Positions 24,933 to 33,260 of a stretch of 33,260 bases of DNA are shown piece by piece; position 1 is the first letter of the stretch, and every line of letters begins with the position of its first letter. The stretch is from a virus. Taxonomy: Duplodnaviria > Caudoviricetes. The notes under the pieces were generated by a model. The model saw nothing but the letters and a program-made list of their open reading frames with translations. It had not been told where the DNA came from and ran no database searches. The stretch covers positions 1-33,260 of the IMG/VR virus record IMGVR_UViG_3300031519_000115, one strand, 5' to 3'. Position numbers and translations under genes: made by a program.

Positions 24933-27140
24933 TTATAGGTCCTTGTACAGTTCACCGTAGTTTACAGCCATATAGCCGGATGGGGTGGTAACTACCATCT
25001 CAGGCATCACCTTCTCTACTTCCTGAGCAATTACACCCAGTGTCATGTGGTTGTCTAAGCCCTTATCTATGGCGTCCTCAGTCCAATCCCAAGTGTAGAG
25101 ACCTAAGCCATTTGGCAGGTTTCCTACTTGGTTAATATTGGTCTTCAGTCGTGCGTCAGAACCAAACAAGCCTGCTGCCATTGTCAGGTAATCTGTAGCG
25201 CCAAGGTCTTTACGGGTTTGCTGGCTCTGAGGTATTGAAGATGCTCCAAGTGCCTGAGACAGTAATCCGATAGACTGGTATGGCGACTGACGGTAACCTT
25301 CAAACTGAGCTTTAGCCGCATCAATAAGCTGCTGCTGGATAGCCTGCTGAATCATACCCTGCTGAGCAAGGTTCTGGTTAACAGTCTGGCCCATTCCGAA
25401 GCCAAGATTAGATAGCGAGCCTAACTGACCAGCCGCACCTAGACGCTGACCAGATCCAGCCAATCCTGCCTGCTGATTAGCTAACTGAGCCGCCTGAGAC
25501 TGCTGAGCGTTAAACTGTCGAGATTGGTTAATCGCATTCTGGTTATTCATCATCTGCGTATTGGCAGCACTAGATCCAAACTGCCTAGCTTGATTTAGCG
25601 CGGCCTGATTAGATAGGCTTGCAACATTACCCGCCTGAGCACCAAACTGATTTGCCTGATTCATTGCGGCAGCATTAGTGAGCGCAGCAGTGTTACCTGC
25701 CTGAGCACCAAACTGAGAAGCTGCTTGTTGCTGTGCCGACGCCTGAGCTGCTGCTTGGTTTTGAGCCGATGCACCAAATTGTGAAGCTTGATTAGCCGCC
25801 TGTGCGCCAAATTGCCCGGCTTGATTAAGGGCGTTTTGATTTGCCAAAGCAGCCTGATTAGCAGCGCTTGCTCCAAACTGTGAAGCCGCCTGCTGTTGCG
25901 CAGATGCTTGAGCAGCAGCCTGATTCTGAGCAGATGCTCCAAATTGCGAAGCCTGATTCGCAGCAGCTTGATTTGCCAGAGAAGCCTGATTAGCTGAAGA
26001 CGCGCCAAACTCACTAGCCCTCATACCGGCAGACTGATTAGCAAGAGCTGCTTGCTGGGCCAAATTGGCAGTAGTTGTGCCAGCCTGAAGTCCAGCTTGC
26101 TGATTAGCAAGACCGGCCTGCATTCTTGTGGCGATATCTTGCTGGGCCATTCCTTGAGCCTGATTGAATCCAGCCTGTCTAAGTTGCCCGGCAGACTTTG
26201 CAGCCTGATCAGCAAATGCTCTGTTTGTTTCCGACTCCATAATACCCTGTCGAGAACCACCGAAAGCGCCAGCAGCAGTTGCTTGAGCACCAACATCGTT
26301 AAGCGACATTTGGCGAGCCCTGTCTAGGTCAGACAATGTAGATTGAACTACTTGGCTTTCATATGGGTTAATGTATTGGCCAAGGTTTGTGCTTCCTAGC
26401 TGCCCTGCGGCAACATCACGGGATTGGACAACAGGTGATGCAGCTATTCTTTCAGCTTCAAATCCAGTAGCCCCTGTTCTTTCGGCGCCGTATCCTTGCG
26501 CGTTTACATTAGCAGCCTGAAAACCTTGCGAGCCGGTTTGAGCTGGGTTATAGCCTTGCGATCCGTAACCAGTAGATTCTACGCCAGCACCTTCAAACCC
26601 TCTTGCTCCAGCTCTAGTCGCGCCATAACCTTGGGCGCCAGTGCGAGCAGCTCCATAACCCTGAGCACGGCCTTGAGATGCTCCATAGCCGGATGAATTA
26701 ACATTTAACGGCTGATACATCATCTCTCTACCAGCTCCAGCCATAGCGCCTTGTATGCCCCTTGCTGCGCTTTGGTTAATGTTGGGTGGTTGAGCTGAGC
26801 CGCCACCTTTTCCGCCGCCACTGCCGGGATTTTGACCGGGGACATCCATTGGATCGCCTTGCATTACAGGGCCTTGATCTGTAGATGGACCGCCGGGAGG
26901 GGGAAAGCCACCGGGGGGAATAAGCGGAATACTTTGTCTGCCGAGCTCTTCAACACCAACGGAAGGTAAAGCTGGGCCAAGCGTTCCAGTTCCGGGTGTC
27001 GGGCTGACCACATTTTGTATATTTGGGTTAAAAGGCACTTGGGAAGTTGGGCCAAACGTCCCCGGTCCCGGTTTAAGGCCACCCATCATCTGCTGTCCAA
27101 CCATCCCCGTGTTCTGAGGTACACCGTTTCCACCAGCCAT
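24933..27140 (-). CDS. Repeat-rich ejection/pilot-like protein with C-terminal Peptidase_S74 intramolecular chaperone
   Basis: 735 aa; 10-aa G[YF] repeats; 11/22-aa QFG repeats; C-terminal SDARLKTNI...GVIAQEVEKVMPEMV...VNYGEL. Confidence 0.75.
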   Translation of the reverse strand: MAGGNGVPQNTGMVGQQMMGGLKPGPGTFGPTSQVPFNPNIQNVVSPTPGTGTLGPALPSVGVEELGRQSIPLIPPGGFPPPGGPSTDQGPVMQGDPMDVPGQNPGSGGGKGGGSAQPPNINQSAARGIQGAMAGAGREMMYQPLNVNSSGYGASQGRAQGYGAARTGAQGYGATRAGARGFEGAGVESTGYGSQGYNPAQTGSQGFQAANVNAQGYGAERTGATGFEAERIAASPVVQSRDVAAGQLGSTNLGQYINPYESQVVQSTLSDLDRARQMSLNDVGAQATAAGAFGGSRQGIMESETNRAFADQAAKSAGQLRQAGFNQAQGMAQQDIATRMQAGLANQQAGLQAGTTTANLAQQAALANQSAGMRASEFGASSANQASLANQAAANQASQFGASAQNQAAAQASAQQQAASQFGASAANQAALANQNALNQAGQFGAQAANQASQFGASAQNQAAAQASAQQQAASQFGAQAGNTAALTNAAAMNQANQFGAQAGNVASLSNQAALNQARQFGSSAANTQMMNNQNAINQSRQFNAQQSQAAQLANQQAGLAGSGQRLGAAGQLGSLSNLGFGMGQTVNQNLAQQGMIQQAIQQQLIDAAKAQFEGYRQSPYQSIGLLSQALGASSIPQSQQTRKDLGATDYLTMAAGLFGSDARLKTNINQVGNLPNGLGLYTWDWTEDAIDKGLDNHMTLGVIAQEVEKVMPEMVVTTPSGYMAVNYGELYKDL

Positions 27141-27748
27141 TATGATTTCCTCAGATTCATCATCATTTCGTCAACATTATAATCCATGTTTTGGGCTATA
27201 AGCTCGTTGTCAATTGGACCTTGTGGGAAGTTGCCGCCGCGAGTGTCTGGCATAATTGATTGCCTGCCTCCGTTAAAAGAAAAGCCTCCAGCATTTCCGG
27301 GATTGCCCATATTGTAATTAGGCATACCCATAGATCCGCCTTCACCGTAGGAAGGGAAATTGTAATTGCCTGCGCCAGAGTCGTTACCAAATAAAGCGTC
27401 GTACTTTTTGGCGTACTCTGGCTGTTTTTCTTTAAACTGAGCAACAGCATCTTCAAACAGGGGGGCAGAGCTGTAGCCCGACATTCCGTTACCGTAGTCT
27501 GTCGCCTGTGGCATACCGGCCATAGCATCACCCGGAGCGGCCATGCCAAATGCAGCGGCAGCGTCTAGGTTGTTTTGCATAGATGCTTGCTGTGTGGGGT
27601 TAAAACCAGCAATGTCTGGGCCATAGTATGGCATGTAGCCAAGCTGCTGTACGTCCTCAGCTCTCTGCAAGTTTCTTATAGTCGGCGCCTTTGCCCACTC
27701 TGGAATGTCTGCTTTTGTGGATTGACCACCGCCTTTACCACCGCTCAT
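27140..27748 (-). CDS. Pilot/ejection-like virion protein
   Basis: MSGGKGGGQSTKADIPEW...YMPYYGPDIAGFNPTQQA N-terminus; follows the GNAT-like gene, as in P22/T7-type layouts. Confidence 0.6.
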   Translation of the reverse strand: MSGGKGGGQSTKADIPEWAKAPTIRNLQRAEDVQQLGYMPYYGPDIAGFNPTQQASMQNNLDAAAAFGMAAPGDAMAGMPQATDYGNGMSGYSSAPLFEDAVAQFKEKQPEYAKKYDALFGNDSGAGNYNFPSYGEGGSMGMPNYNMGNPGNAGGFSFNGGRQSIMPDTRGGNFPQGPIDNELIAQNMDYNVDEMMMNLRKS

Positions 27749-27749
27749 A

Positions 27750-28118
27750 TCATATATCCTTGCTAAGTGTAGTGAACGCCTCGGTCCACCCTTTGCTTAA
27801 TAAGACCCTTGCCCAGCCTCTACGGCCAGCAATTGTCATGCCCGTGCATCCTTGCGATCTTGCAAACTCTACCGCCGACTCATCCATGTCTACGATTTGA
27901 TTCTTTTCTCCGCCAGCCAAGAATATGTGAAACACTTTTTTCCTTGGAAACGAGATTATTTCTGTTACTGCGCAGCCATTCGGAGATGGCCAAAACTGCA
28001 TGTATCCGCTCTTAATAGCTTCGACAATATCTTCGTACTCGTGCGTTCCGCCGCTGTACTCCAACGCCGCTTTAATCCACTTCTCACAACGATCTAATTC
28101 TTGCGCTAATTCGGTCAT
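27750..28118 (-). CDS. GNAT-fold virion assembly protein (positional analogue of T7 gp13/P22 gp14)
   Basis: CAVTEII..P.KKVFHIFLAGG...FARSQGCTGMTIAGRRGWARVL; between the nozzle and ejection genes. Confidence 0.7.
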   Translation of the reverse strand: MTELAQELDRCEKWIKAALEYSGGTHEYEDIVEAIKSGYMQFWPSPNGCAVTEIISFPRKKVFHIFLAGGEKNQIVDMDESAVEFARSQGCTGMTIAGRRGWARVLLSKGWTEAFTTLSKDI

Positions 28119-28138
28119 GCGTCCCCCTGTTGTAGGGC

Positions 28139-28150
28139 CCGATTATAGCA
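28139..28150 (-). promoter_or_regulatory. Extended -10 promoter motif TGCTATAATCGG upstream of the ejection/head operon
   Basis: TGn-TATAAT in an intergenic gap; member of a four-copy motif. Confidence 0.65.
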
Positions 28151-28151
28151 T

Positions 28152-28811
28152 TTATTGACGACTTCTGGTTATTGTTAGGGCAATGGGCTGAGACGCCGGA
28201 GCAAATGAAGTTGCAACCGCTCCATCAAGCCATAAAGCAGTGTCAGTCACAGCAAATTTTGCCTGCAAGTAAGAGCCTGCCGCAATATTGATTTGATCGT
28301 TTACGCCAAGAACCGTATAGGCGTTGTTAGCGTCCAGAGAGATTCTTTCAGAATGATCTATGTCAGTCCCGTTAACCGACAACCAGTAGTAAGCTGTCTT
28401 CGCCGATGAATTTGATGATCTAAGCTGCAAGTGCCCTTGTATCGAATAAACTCCGGCCTCTGCAAACATTATTTTAGTGTTGTCAGATCCGTTAATTGAC
28501 AGGCCGCCGTTTGCACTTACTGACGTAAAAGCTATCGTATAGGCAGTGTCTGCCTGAGCTGCGGTTATGCTGCTGGTAGCTGCAAACTCACCGTATCCGT
28601 CAGCTAGAACAATTTGCCTATACTCGCCATTCTTAGATACTACCGGGTAGCCTGTCCTGTCCCACAGAATAACGCCATCATCAAACGCTGATTCGCCTGC
28701 AATGTAGTTCGCAAGCTTTGACCTTGTTCTAGATAAAAAGCTTACCAGACGTTCGCCCCAAGGCTTCCAATCCGGTCCTAACGGGGGTGGCGGATTCTCA
28801 GCTAAGCTCAT
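28152..28811 (-). CDS. Tail protein with beta-rich C-terminal domain
   Basis: 219 aa; FAEAGVYSIQGHLQL resembles C1q/BclA-type strands; coupled to the nozzle gene. Confidence 0.6.
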   Translation of the reverse strand: MSLAENPPPPLGPDWKPWGERLVSFLSRTRSKLANYIAGESAFDDGVILWDRTGYPVVSKNGEYRQIVLADGYGEFAATSSITAAQADTAYTIAFTSVSANGGLSINGSDNTKIMFAEAGVYSIQGHLQLRSSNSSAKTAYYWLSVNGTDIDHSERISLDANNAYTVLGVNDQINIAAGSYLQAKFAVTDTALWLDGAVATSFAPASQPIALTITRSRQ

Positions 28812-30289
28812 CGATTACCGCCGGGGATTACGTTCAACCGCATTTTGCCAGCTCGCCAGTCTTTAAGTTCGCTGCCATTAATGCGCATTCTAACTTGCCG
28901 CCCACTAAACCTAGCTCCTGTTGGATTAGATAAAGTGAATGGCCCATGACTGGTTTCGGCGTCGTTAGGATAGAACCGAGTCTTAAAGGTCAGCGTGACA
29001 TCGCCTTGGTTTAATTCATCAGGGACTATTTCGTTAACCTTTGCAATCTGATCACCCTGAGCAATAGATACAGGTCCGCTTTCTAAATACGTTTCGCTGG
29101 TCCCGTGATCATATCCAACCTCGTGGTTGTACACGTTACCTGACGTATCAAACATAACCGGGTTATCCAATACGCCAGCATCAACCGCTGCGCTGCGAGC
29201 AAGCTCACCAATATTCCAATGCCCTTCCTTGTAATCAAATATTACATAGCGGTCGTTCTCAAGAGAATCGCCGCTTGGGTAGAACCACCAGATCTCTCCA
29301 AACTGAGAGTTGTTAACGGCAAATACTTTGCTTTTCTGAGAATGGTTTATGTCTTTAAAAACGTGGTCTGAGACTTCGCAAGGCATTTCCTGCACAGCAG
29401 AGCCGTTGTAGGTAAAGAAGCTCTTAGAGCCCATCCAGAAGGCGCCTTCGTCTACGGCTACCGCAGACATGCGAGAGATTGTTCCGCACGACGTTCCAAC
29501 CCGCTCAAAACCGTAAACAGTTGGCGGTCCGTTGTAGGTTGCAACATGCGCATCGACAGATGTTAGCAGCAAAGTTCTGCCTCTCACCGGGATGCCACAC
29601 ATTAGCTCGCCAGAGGTCTGAAGCTCAAGGTCACCCGCTTGGTTGGTCGCAGCAGCGGTCCAGACAGTATTATCTTCTCTGTCACACCACTTCACTAATC
29701 GCGGATTGCCGCCAGCTCCAAGAGCAAACAGGAACCGCTCCTCGGTGACAACAATGGCGCCATTGCCTACTGGGGCATTAGTAATAGCCGCAGCCTTAGC
29801 GGCAGTGTTTAATTGCCATTCGTATATCTTGCCGTCCTTTGAAGAGCATGCAATCAGATACTGACCCCAAGTGTCCATTGACCACGTTGTGACCTCTTCA
29901 GGAACTCCATCATACGGGCGCTGTGTGCCAAACTCTGACAAACCATAAAACGACCCGCCATACCCAATATTTTCTGTGGCATGAAGGTCACCAGAGGTAA
30001 GTCCGACGGGAGTAATATCTGCAACAGTGCTACCGGGGGTAAGGTGATACAGTTTTTCGTAAGTTCCCGCAGCAATGTGCGCGTCTACGCTGTTATCGTT
30101 CCAAGTAAGCGCCCCTCTGGGAGCGTATGCAAAAGCACTTGCCTTTCTTGAGGTCCAACCGCCAACCGGGCGAACAGATCCGTTCTGCCACCTAATAAGG
30201 TTAGCATCTCTCCACCGGCCAACTGAGTCTAGGTCAGTACCGTGCTTAAAGACGCCAGCAGGAATATCTATACTAATGTATGCCATCAA
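28808..30289 (-). CDS. Tail nozzle / packaged-DNA stabilisation protein (P22 gp10-like)
   Basis: 493 aa; GRWRDANLIRW, WSMDTWGQYLIAC, VKWCDRED...W, FGEIWWFYPS, RFSGRQVRMRI; beta-propeller-like pattern. Confidence 0.8.
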   Translation of the reverse strand: MMAYISIDIPAGVFKHGTDLDSVGRWRDANLIRWQNGSVRPVGGWTSRKASAFAYAPRGALTWNDNSVDAHIAAGTYEKLYHLTPGSTVADITPVGLTSGDLHATENIGYGGSFYGLSEFGTQRPYDGVPEEVTTWSMDTWGQYLIACSSKDGKIYEWQLNTAAKAAAITNAPVGNGAIVVTEERFLFALGAGGNPRLVKWCDREDNTVWTAAATNQAGDLELQTSGELMCGIPVRGRTLLLTSVDAHVATYNGPPTVYGFERVGTSCGTISRMSAVAVDEGAFWMGSKSFFTYNGSAVQEMPCEVSDHVFKDINHSQKSKVFAVNNSQFGEIWWFYPSGDSLENDRYVIFDYKEGHWNIGELARSAAVDAGVLDNPVMFDTSGNVYNHEVGYDHGTSETYLESGPVSIAQGDQIAKVNEIVPDELNQGDVTLTFKTRFYPNDAETSHGPFTLSNPTGARFSGRQVRMRINGSELKDWRAGKMRLNVIPGGNR

Positions 30290-30317
30290 TTTTTCCTTTC
30301 AAGCAGCAACGCTTATT

Positions 30318-30695
30318 TTATTTCTCGCGCTGAACGCCTTTGGTTTTTTCTACGGTGCGCATGGCGCCTAATCCAAGCATACCCATCAGCACAGTAGTAA
30401 GCAGGGAGCTATCTACTGGGGGGACAGTAACCCAGATACCCAAGATAGGGGATAGGATAGTAGAATAGACTAGCGCGAAGCAGCACGACCATCCCACCGC
30501 TGGACGCCATCCAGCAATAAACAAAGACTTATGTGCCGCCTCCACCTTGTTGACTTCCAACTGGCCCTTGGCTAATTCTTGAGCATGGCGTTCTGCCATC
30601 GTGCTGATCTCGTGAGACAGCTTGGCCTTAACATCCTTGTCTAATATAAACTTGTCTAGCAGATTAGAAACTGGGCCTATCAATGCTTGCAACAT
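30318..30695 (-). CDS. Holin (3TM/GTA-type)
   Basis: QLEVNKVEAAHKSLFIAGWRPAVGW...LMGMLGLGAMRTVEK; start ATG 30695. Confidence 0.85.
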   Translation of the reverse strand: MLQALIGPVSNLLDKFILDKDVKAKLSHEISTMAERHAQELAKGQLEVNKVEAAHKSLFIAGWRPAVGWSCCFALVYSTILSPILGIWVTVPPVDSSLLTTVLMGMLGLGAMRTVEKTKGVQREK

Positions 30696-30696
30696 A

Positions 30697-30876
30697 TTAT
30701 TGTATCCACTTTGAAACAGCAAAAATTGAGATGATCACGGGGTACATCATCCATAACATGCGCTCTAGTTTATTAAATCTTTGTGCGCCATCATCAAGCC
30801 TACGTTCGATGTTGGAATAGCGTTCAGCACACAGAGTTTCATGGGCCTCCATGCGGGTGATCGTATCTTCTGCCAT
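30697..30876 (-). CDS. Small coiled-coil membrane protein
   Basis: HETLCAERYSNIERRL...LWMMYPVIISIFAV; adjacent to the holin. Confidence 0.7.
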   Translation of the reverse strand: MAEDTITRMEAHETLCAERYSNIERRLDDGAQRFNKLERMLWMMYPVIISIFAVSKWIQ

Positions 30877-30877
30877 A

Positions 30878-31324
30878 TTAGAATCCATAGTAGTAGGCTG
30901 CGGAAAACGCTGCTAACAAAAGCAGGCCACCGCATATGTTTTTAACAATATCTTCATTTTTGGATATTCGGCGCAGCTTGGCCATTCTTTCTTTATTCAA
31001 GCGCTCCTTGTTTTCCATTAAAGACCTATGCTGTATTGCCAGCATATCGCGCCAGACTTCCCGTGGCGTATGCTTCTTGAGTTCCTTCTCTTTAGCGCGT
31101 ATCTCAGCTTTTGCCCATGCCAAATCAAGCGCCTCAGCCTGAGTCAGAACATGGTCACCAGCCTTGGCAGCCTCTTCGATAGTCTCGACAGCAACTTTTG
31201 ATTCTGTGATTGTAGAAAATAACCCTTTTAAATCAGACAGGTGACTACCTGACTCTTTGACGGTTTTAATCCCCGCGTTCAGAGTCTTTAAGGCGCCAAC
31301 TACAAGGGTTATTTCAGCAATCAT
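30878..31324 (-). CDS. Hypothetical membrane-anchored protein
   Basis: 148 aa; hydrophobic N- and C-termini with a coiled-coil centre. Confidence 0.7.
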   Translation of the reverse strand: MIAEITLVVGALKTLNAGIKTVKESGSHLSDLKGLFSTITESKVAVETIEEAAKAGDHVLTQAEALDLAWAKAEIRAKEKELKKHTPREVWRDMLAIQHRSLMENKERLNKERMAKLRRISKNEDIVKNICGGLLLLAAFSAAYYYGF

Positions 31325-31681
31325 TTACGCGACCTGAACCCATGACGTTGTGTCTTCATCCCAATCGTATAATTTGCCGTGATCTGTCGGCTTTGCAACA
31401 GGGGCCTCCCAAACGCAGGTGTCTTCATTTAATATCCAGCTTGCGTAAATTTGTTGGCCGTAAAAAGCATCTCTTGTTGCATCGTATACATGCCCGATAC
31501 CTGCAAAATTCTTTCGCAGTGCTGTGCCGCCATCTGGCTCTCCATCTTCTCCATAATGGACGTTACGGCGCGTGTTATAAGACGTTTGAATCCAATCCGC
31601 GCCCAGAGTATCAATAAAGTCTTGTTCTGCAACAATTACTTGTACGACAAGACCGTCTATTATTTTAGCAAAATGTGCCAT
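31325..31681 (-). CDS. Tail-fibre-associated protein
   Basis: MAHFAKI...WIQTSYN...LRKNFAGIG..YD..RDAF...WEAPV pattern, typically next to Gly-rich fibre genes; GGAGG RBS. Confidence 0.75.
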   Translation of the reverse strand: MAHFAKIIDGLVVQVIVAEQDFIDTLGADWIQTSYNTRRNVHYGEDGEPDGGTALRKNFAGIGHVYDATRDAFYGQQIYASWILNEDTCVWEAPVAKPTDHGKLYDWDEDTTSWVQVA

Positions 31682-31693
31682 ATGGCCTCCAAA

Positions 31694-32635
31694 TTAAGAT
31701 GACAGGGCAAAAGTGCCAGAAGAAGTAAAATAGTGGTATGTGTACCCACCAGCAGTAGATACAGTTCCACCAGTAGCTGAACCTTCTAGCTCACTTGTAA
31801 CGTAGCGTATGATTACCGCTCCCGCTCCTCCCGCCGCCCCCTCTCGGTGGGCACCAGTAGCACCGTTATCGTTTGTGCCACCGCCTCCACCATGTCCCCC
31901 GGCAGGGCCAGCAACTGCAAAAGCAAGATTACTTCCGTTTTTATTTACCCCGCCTGACCCCTTGTCGCTTGCAACACCCGAAGAAGGTGTGGTGCTTAGA
32001 TTATTACCATTTACAAAAGTACCTTGACCGCCGCCTCCACCGTGACCGAATTGATTGTAAGTGCCAAAGTTTAAACTTTTCCAGTTTGTCCCTTCGCCAC
32101 CGTCCCCTCCCGCAGTAGAGGTGCCGTTGCCACCATCGCCAGTTGATCCACCACCGCCCCCTGCTGTGCCTATATAAACTGGTTCACTCTGACCACTTGA
32201 ATCTCCACCATCGCCGCCAAGAGAACCTGTACCTCCAGAATATACCGCTCCACTTATTAAACTGCCTCCTGCTCCACCACCAACGTAACCATCGCCTCCA
32301 GAGCTATCTTGATATCGGCCACCCTGACCCCCGCGACCGTATAAAGTTCCTATGCCAGAGCCAGCAATACTTGAACCGTTACCATTACCACCTTGAATTC
32401 CACCCCCCGTTGTGTAGCTAGTACCCGCTCCACCCGCTCCAATGGTTACAGTGTAATTGTTGTCATACTTAACTAGCTCGCCATCAAACGAAGTAACGGC
32501 ACCACCACCACCACCACCACCGACATTAAACCCGCCACCGGCACCGGCACCAGCGGCCATTATATCGACATCTAAAGTCGCTCCTCTAGAGGGAAAAGAG
32601 CCAAAGCCGCTTACGTTATAACCAAATCCACTCAT
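31694..32635 (-). CDS. Glycine-rich tail fibre/receptor-binding protein
   Basis: AGAGAGGG...GGGGGGG...YTVTIGAGG...GGAGAVIIRY...YHYFTSSGTF; GGAG RBS. Confidence 0.8.
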   Translation of the reverse strand: MSGFGYNVSGFGSFPSRGATLDVDIMAAGAGAGGGFNVGGGGGGGAVTSFDGELVKYDNNYTVTIGAGGAGTSYTTGGGIQGGNGNGSSIAGSGIGTLYGRGGQGGRYQDSSGGDGYVGGGAGGSLISGAVYSGGTGSLGGDGGDSSGQSEPVYIGTAGGGGGSTGDGGNGTSTAGGDGGEGTNWKSLNFGTYNQFGHGGGGGQGTFVNGNNLSTTPSSGVASDKGSGGVNKNGSNLAFAVAGPAGGHGGGGGTNDNGATGAHREGAAGGAGAVIIRYVTSELEGSATGGTVSTAGGYTYHYFTSSGTFALSS

Positions 32636-32645
32636 CAGTTACTCC

Positions 32646-33260
32646 TTATGCGTCATTTGCAGCATTAGTGGTAAAGAACAGCTTGATGCCTAACAAACGC
32701 GCAGCGCCTGTCTGACTGTCGGCTGATACATCTCGCATGACCTGAAAGTACGTTTGCGTATCCACTGCTGCGGCTGTAATGGTTACTGCGCCAGATACTG
32801 CTGTTACATCCATATCGTTAGACGTTCCAGAGTGAGCTTTAGCTGTGGCGACTACGTTAGTGCCAAATGCTGTGTTGATGCTTGCGTTGTCTGCAAAGCT
32901 TCTACCTGCCAAGCCCCAAGCTACTGTGCCAGTGTTTGTTCCAGTTACAGTAAAGAATGCCTGAAATGTTACTGTGCCTTCGTTCCAGCTTTTAGGAAAC
33001 GCAACAGTAAACTGAGCAAAGTCATCAGCGTCTGCCGCAAAGTCTAGGCATTTAAGCTCTGGACCGTTTGATAGCTCAACCTGCGCTAAGTCTGCGCAGC
33101 CTGCGGTTGTATTCGGATACATAGCCGCTGCCGGGACATAGATAGTCTCAAGACCGACCTTCTTGACGCCAGTGACCGCTGTATCAACATAAGCCTTGAT
33201 TGACTGCTGGGTCGCCAGCTTAGTGGCAGAGTTAGACGACATATCGTCTTCGTCTTTTAT
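32646..33260 (-). CDS. Tail fibre protein, C-terminal part (starts at 425, across the circular junction)
   Basis: Frame open to the window end and continuous with 425..129. Confidence 0.8.
   Translation of the reverse strand: MKDEDDMSSNSATKLATQQSIKAYVDTAVTGVKKVGLETIYVPAAAMYPNTTAGCADLAQVELSNGPELKCLDFAADADDFAQFTVAFPKSWNEGTVTFQAFFTVTGTNTGTVAWGLAGRSFADNASINTAFGTNVVATAKAHSGTSNDMDVTAVSGAVTITAAAVDTQTYFQVMRDVSADSQTGAARLLGIKLFFTTNAANDA
33133..33260. repeat. Terminal direct repeat, copy 2
   Basis: Matches 1-128 with one mismatch. Confidence 0.97.

Noticed and set aside
25490-26700. Periodic DNA as a CRISPR array or DGR template
   Set aside because: The repeats are degenerate at codon third positions, so they are protein-level; there is no repeat-spacer structure and no reverse transcriptase gene.
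32498-32522. (cca)n trinucleotide run
   Set aside because: It simply encodes poly-Gly in the Gly-rich fibre protein.
64-33047. Plus-strand ORFs in the track (e.g. 64..402, 2698..3171, 22360..22935)
   Set aside because: Almost all are antisense shadows of well-supported minus-strand genes and show no recognisable motifs.

Overview
This window looks like a complete, circularly assembled genome (about 33,132 bp unique) of a short-tailed dsDNA phage. Bases 1-128 repeat at 33133-33260 with one mismatch, and a tail-fibre gene reads through the junction. Every credible gene is on the minus strand. In reading order the modules are: (1) recombination (ERF, YqaJ exonuclease, SSB); (2) a Cro-like HTH gene, a 435-bp structured non-coding region, an HNH-AP2 endonuclease and a stand-alone replication-initiator-like domain; (3) a nin-like region (NinB, metallophosphoesterase, DUF3310, NinG) and small early genes; (4) terminase and a 988-aa multi-domain protein with two GNAT-like modules; (5) adaptor, tail, holin, nozzle and ejection proteins; (6) portal, scaffold, major capsid, three small basic proteins and an M15 endolysin. 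I found no DNA polymerase, primase, helicase, integrase, tRNA or CRISPR array. The strongest leads are: a candidate antisense sRNA (about 13394-13472) complementary to two families of repeated ribosome-binding sites; the structured locus at 12725-13165, where a replication initiator and origin would be expected; and the 988-aa protein, whose domains are separated by repeated signal-peptide-like linkers. Family assignments come from motif recognition by eye, not database searches.
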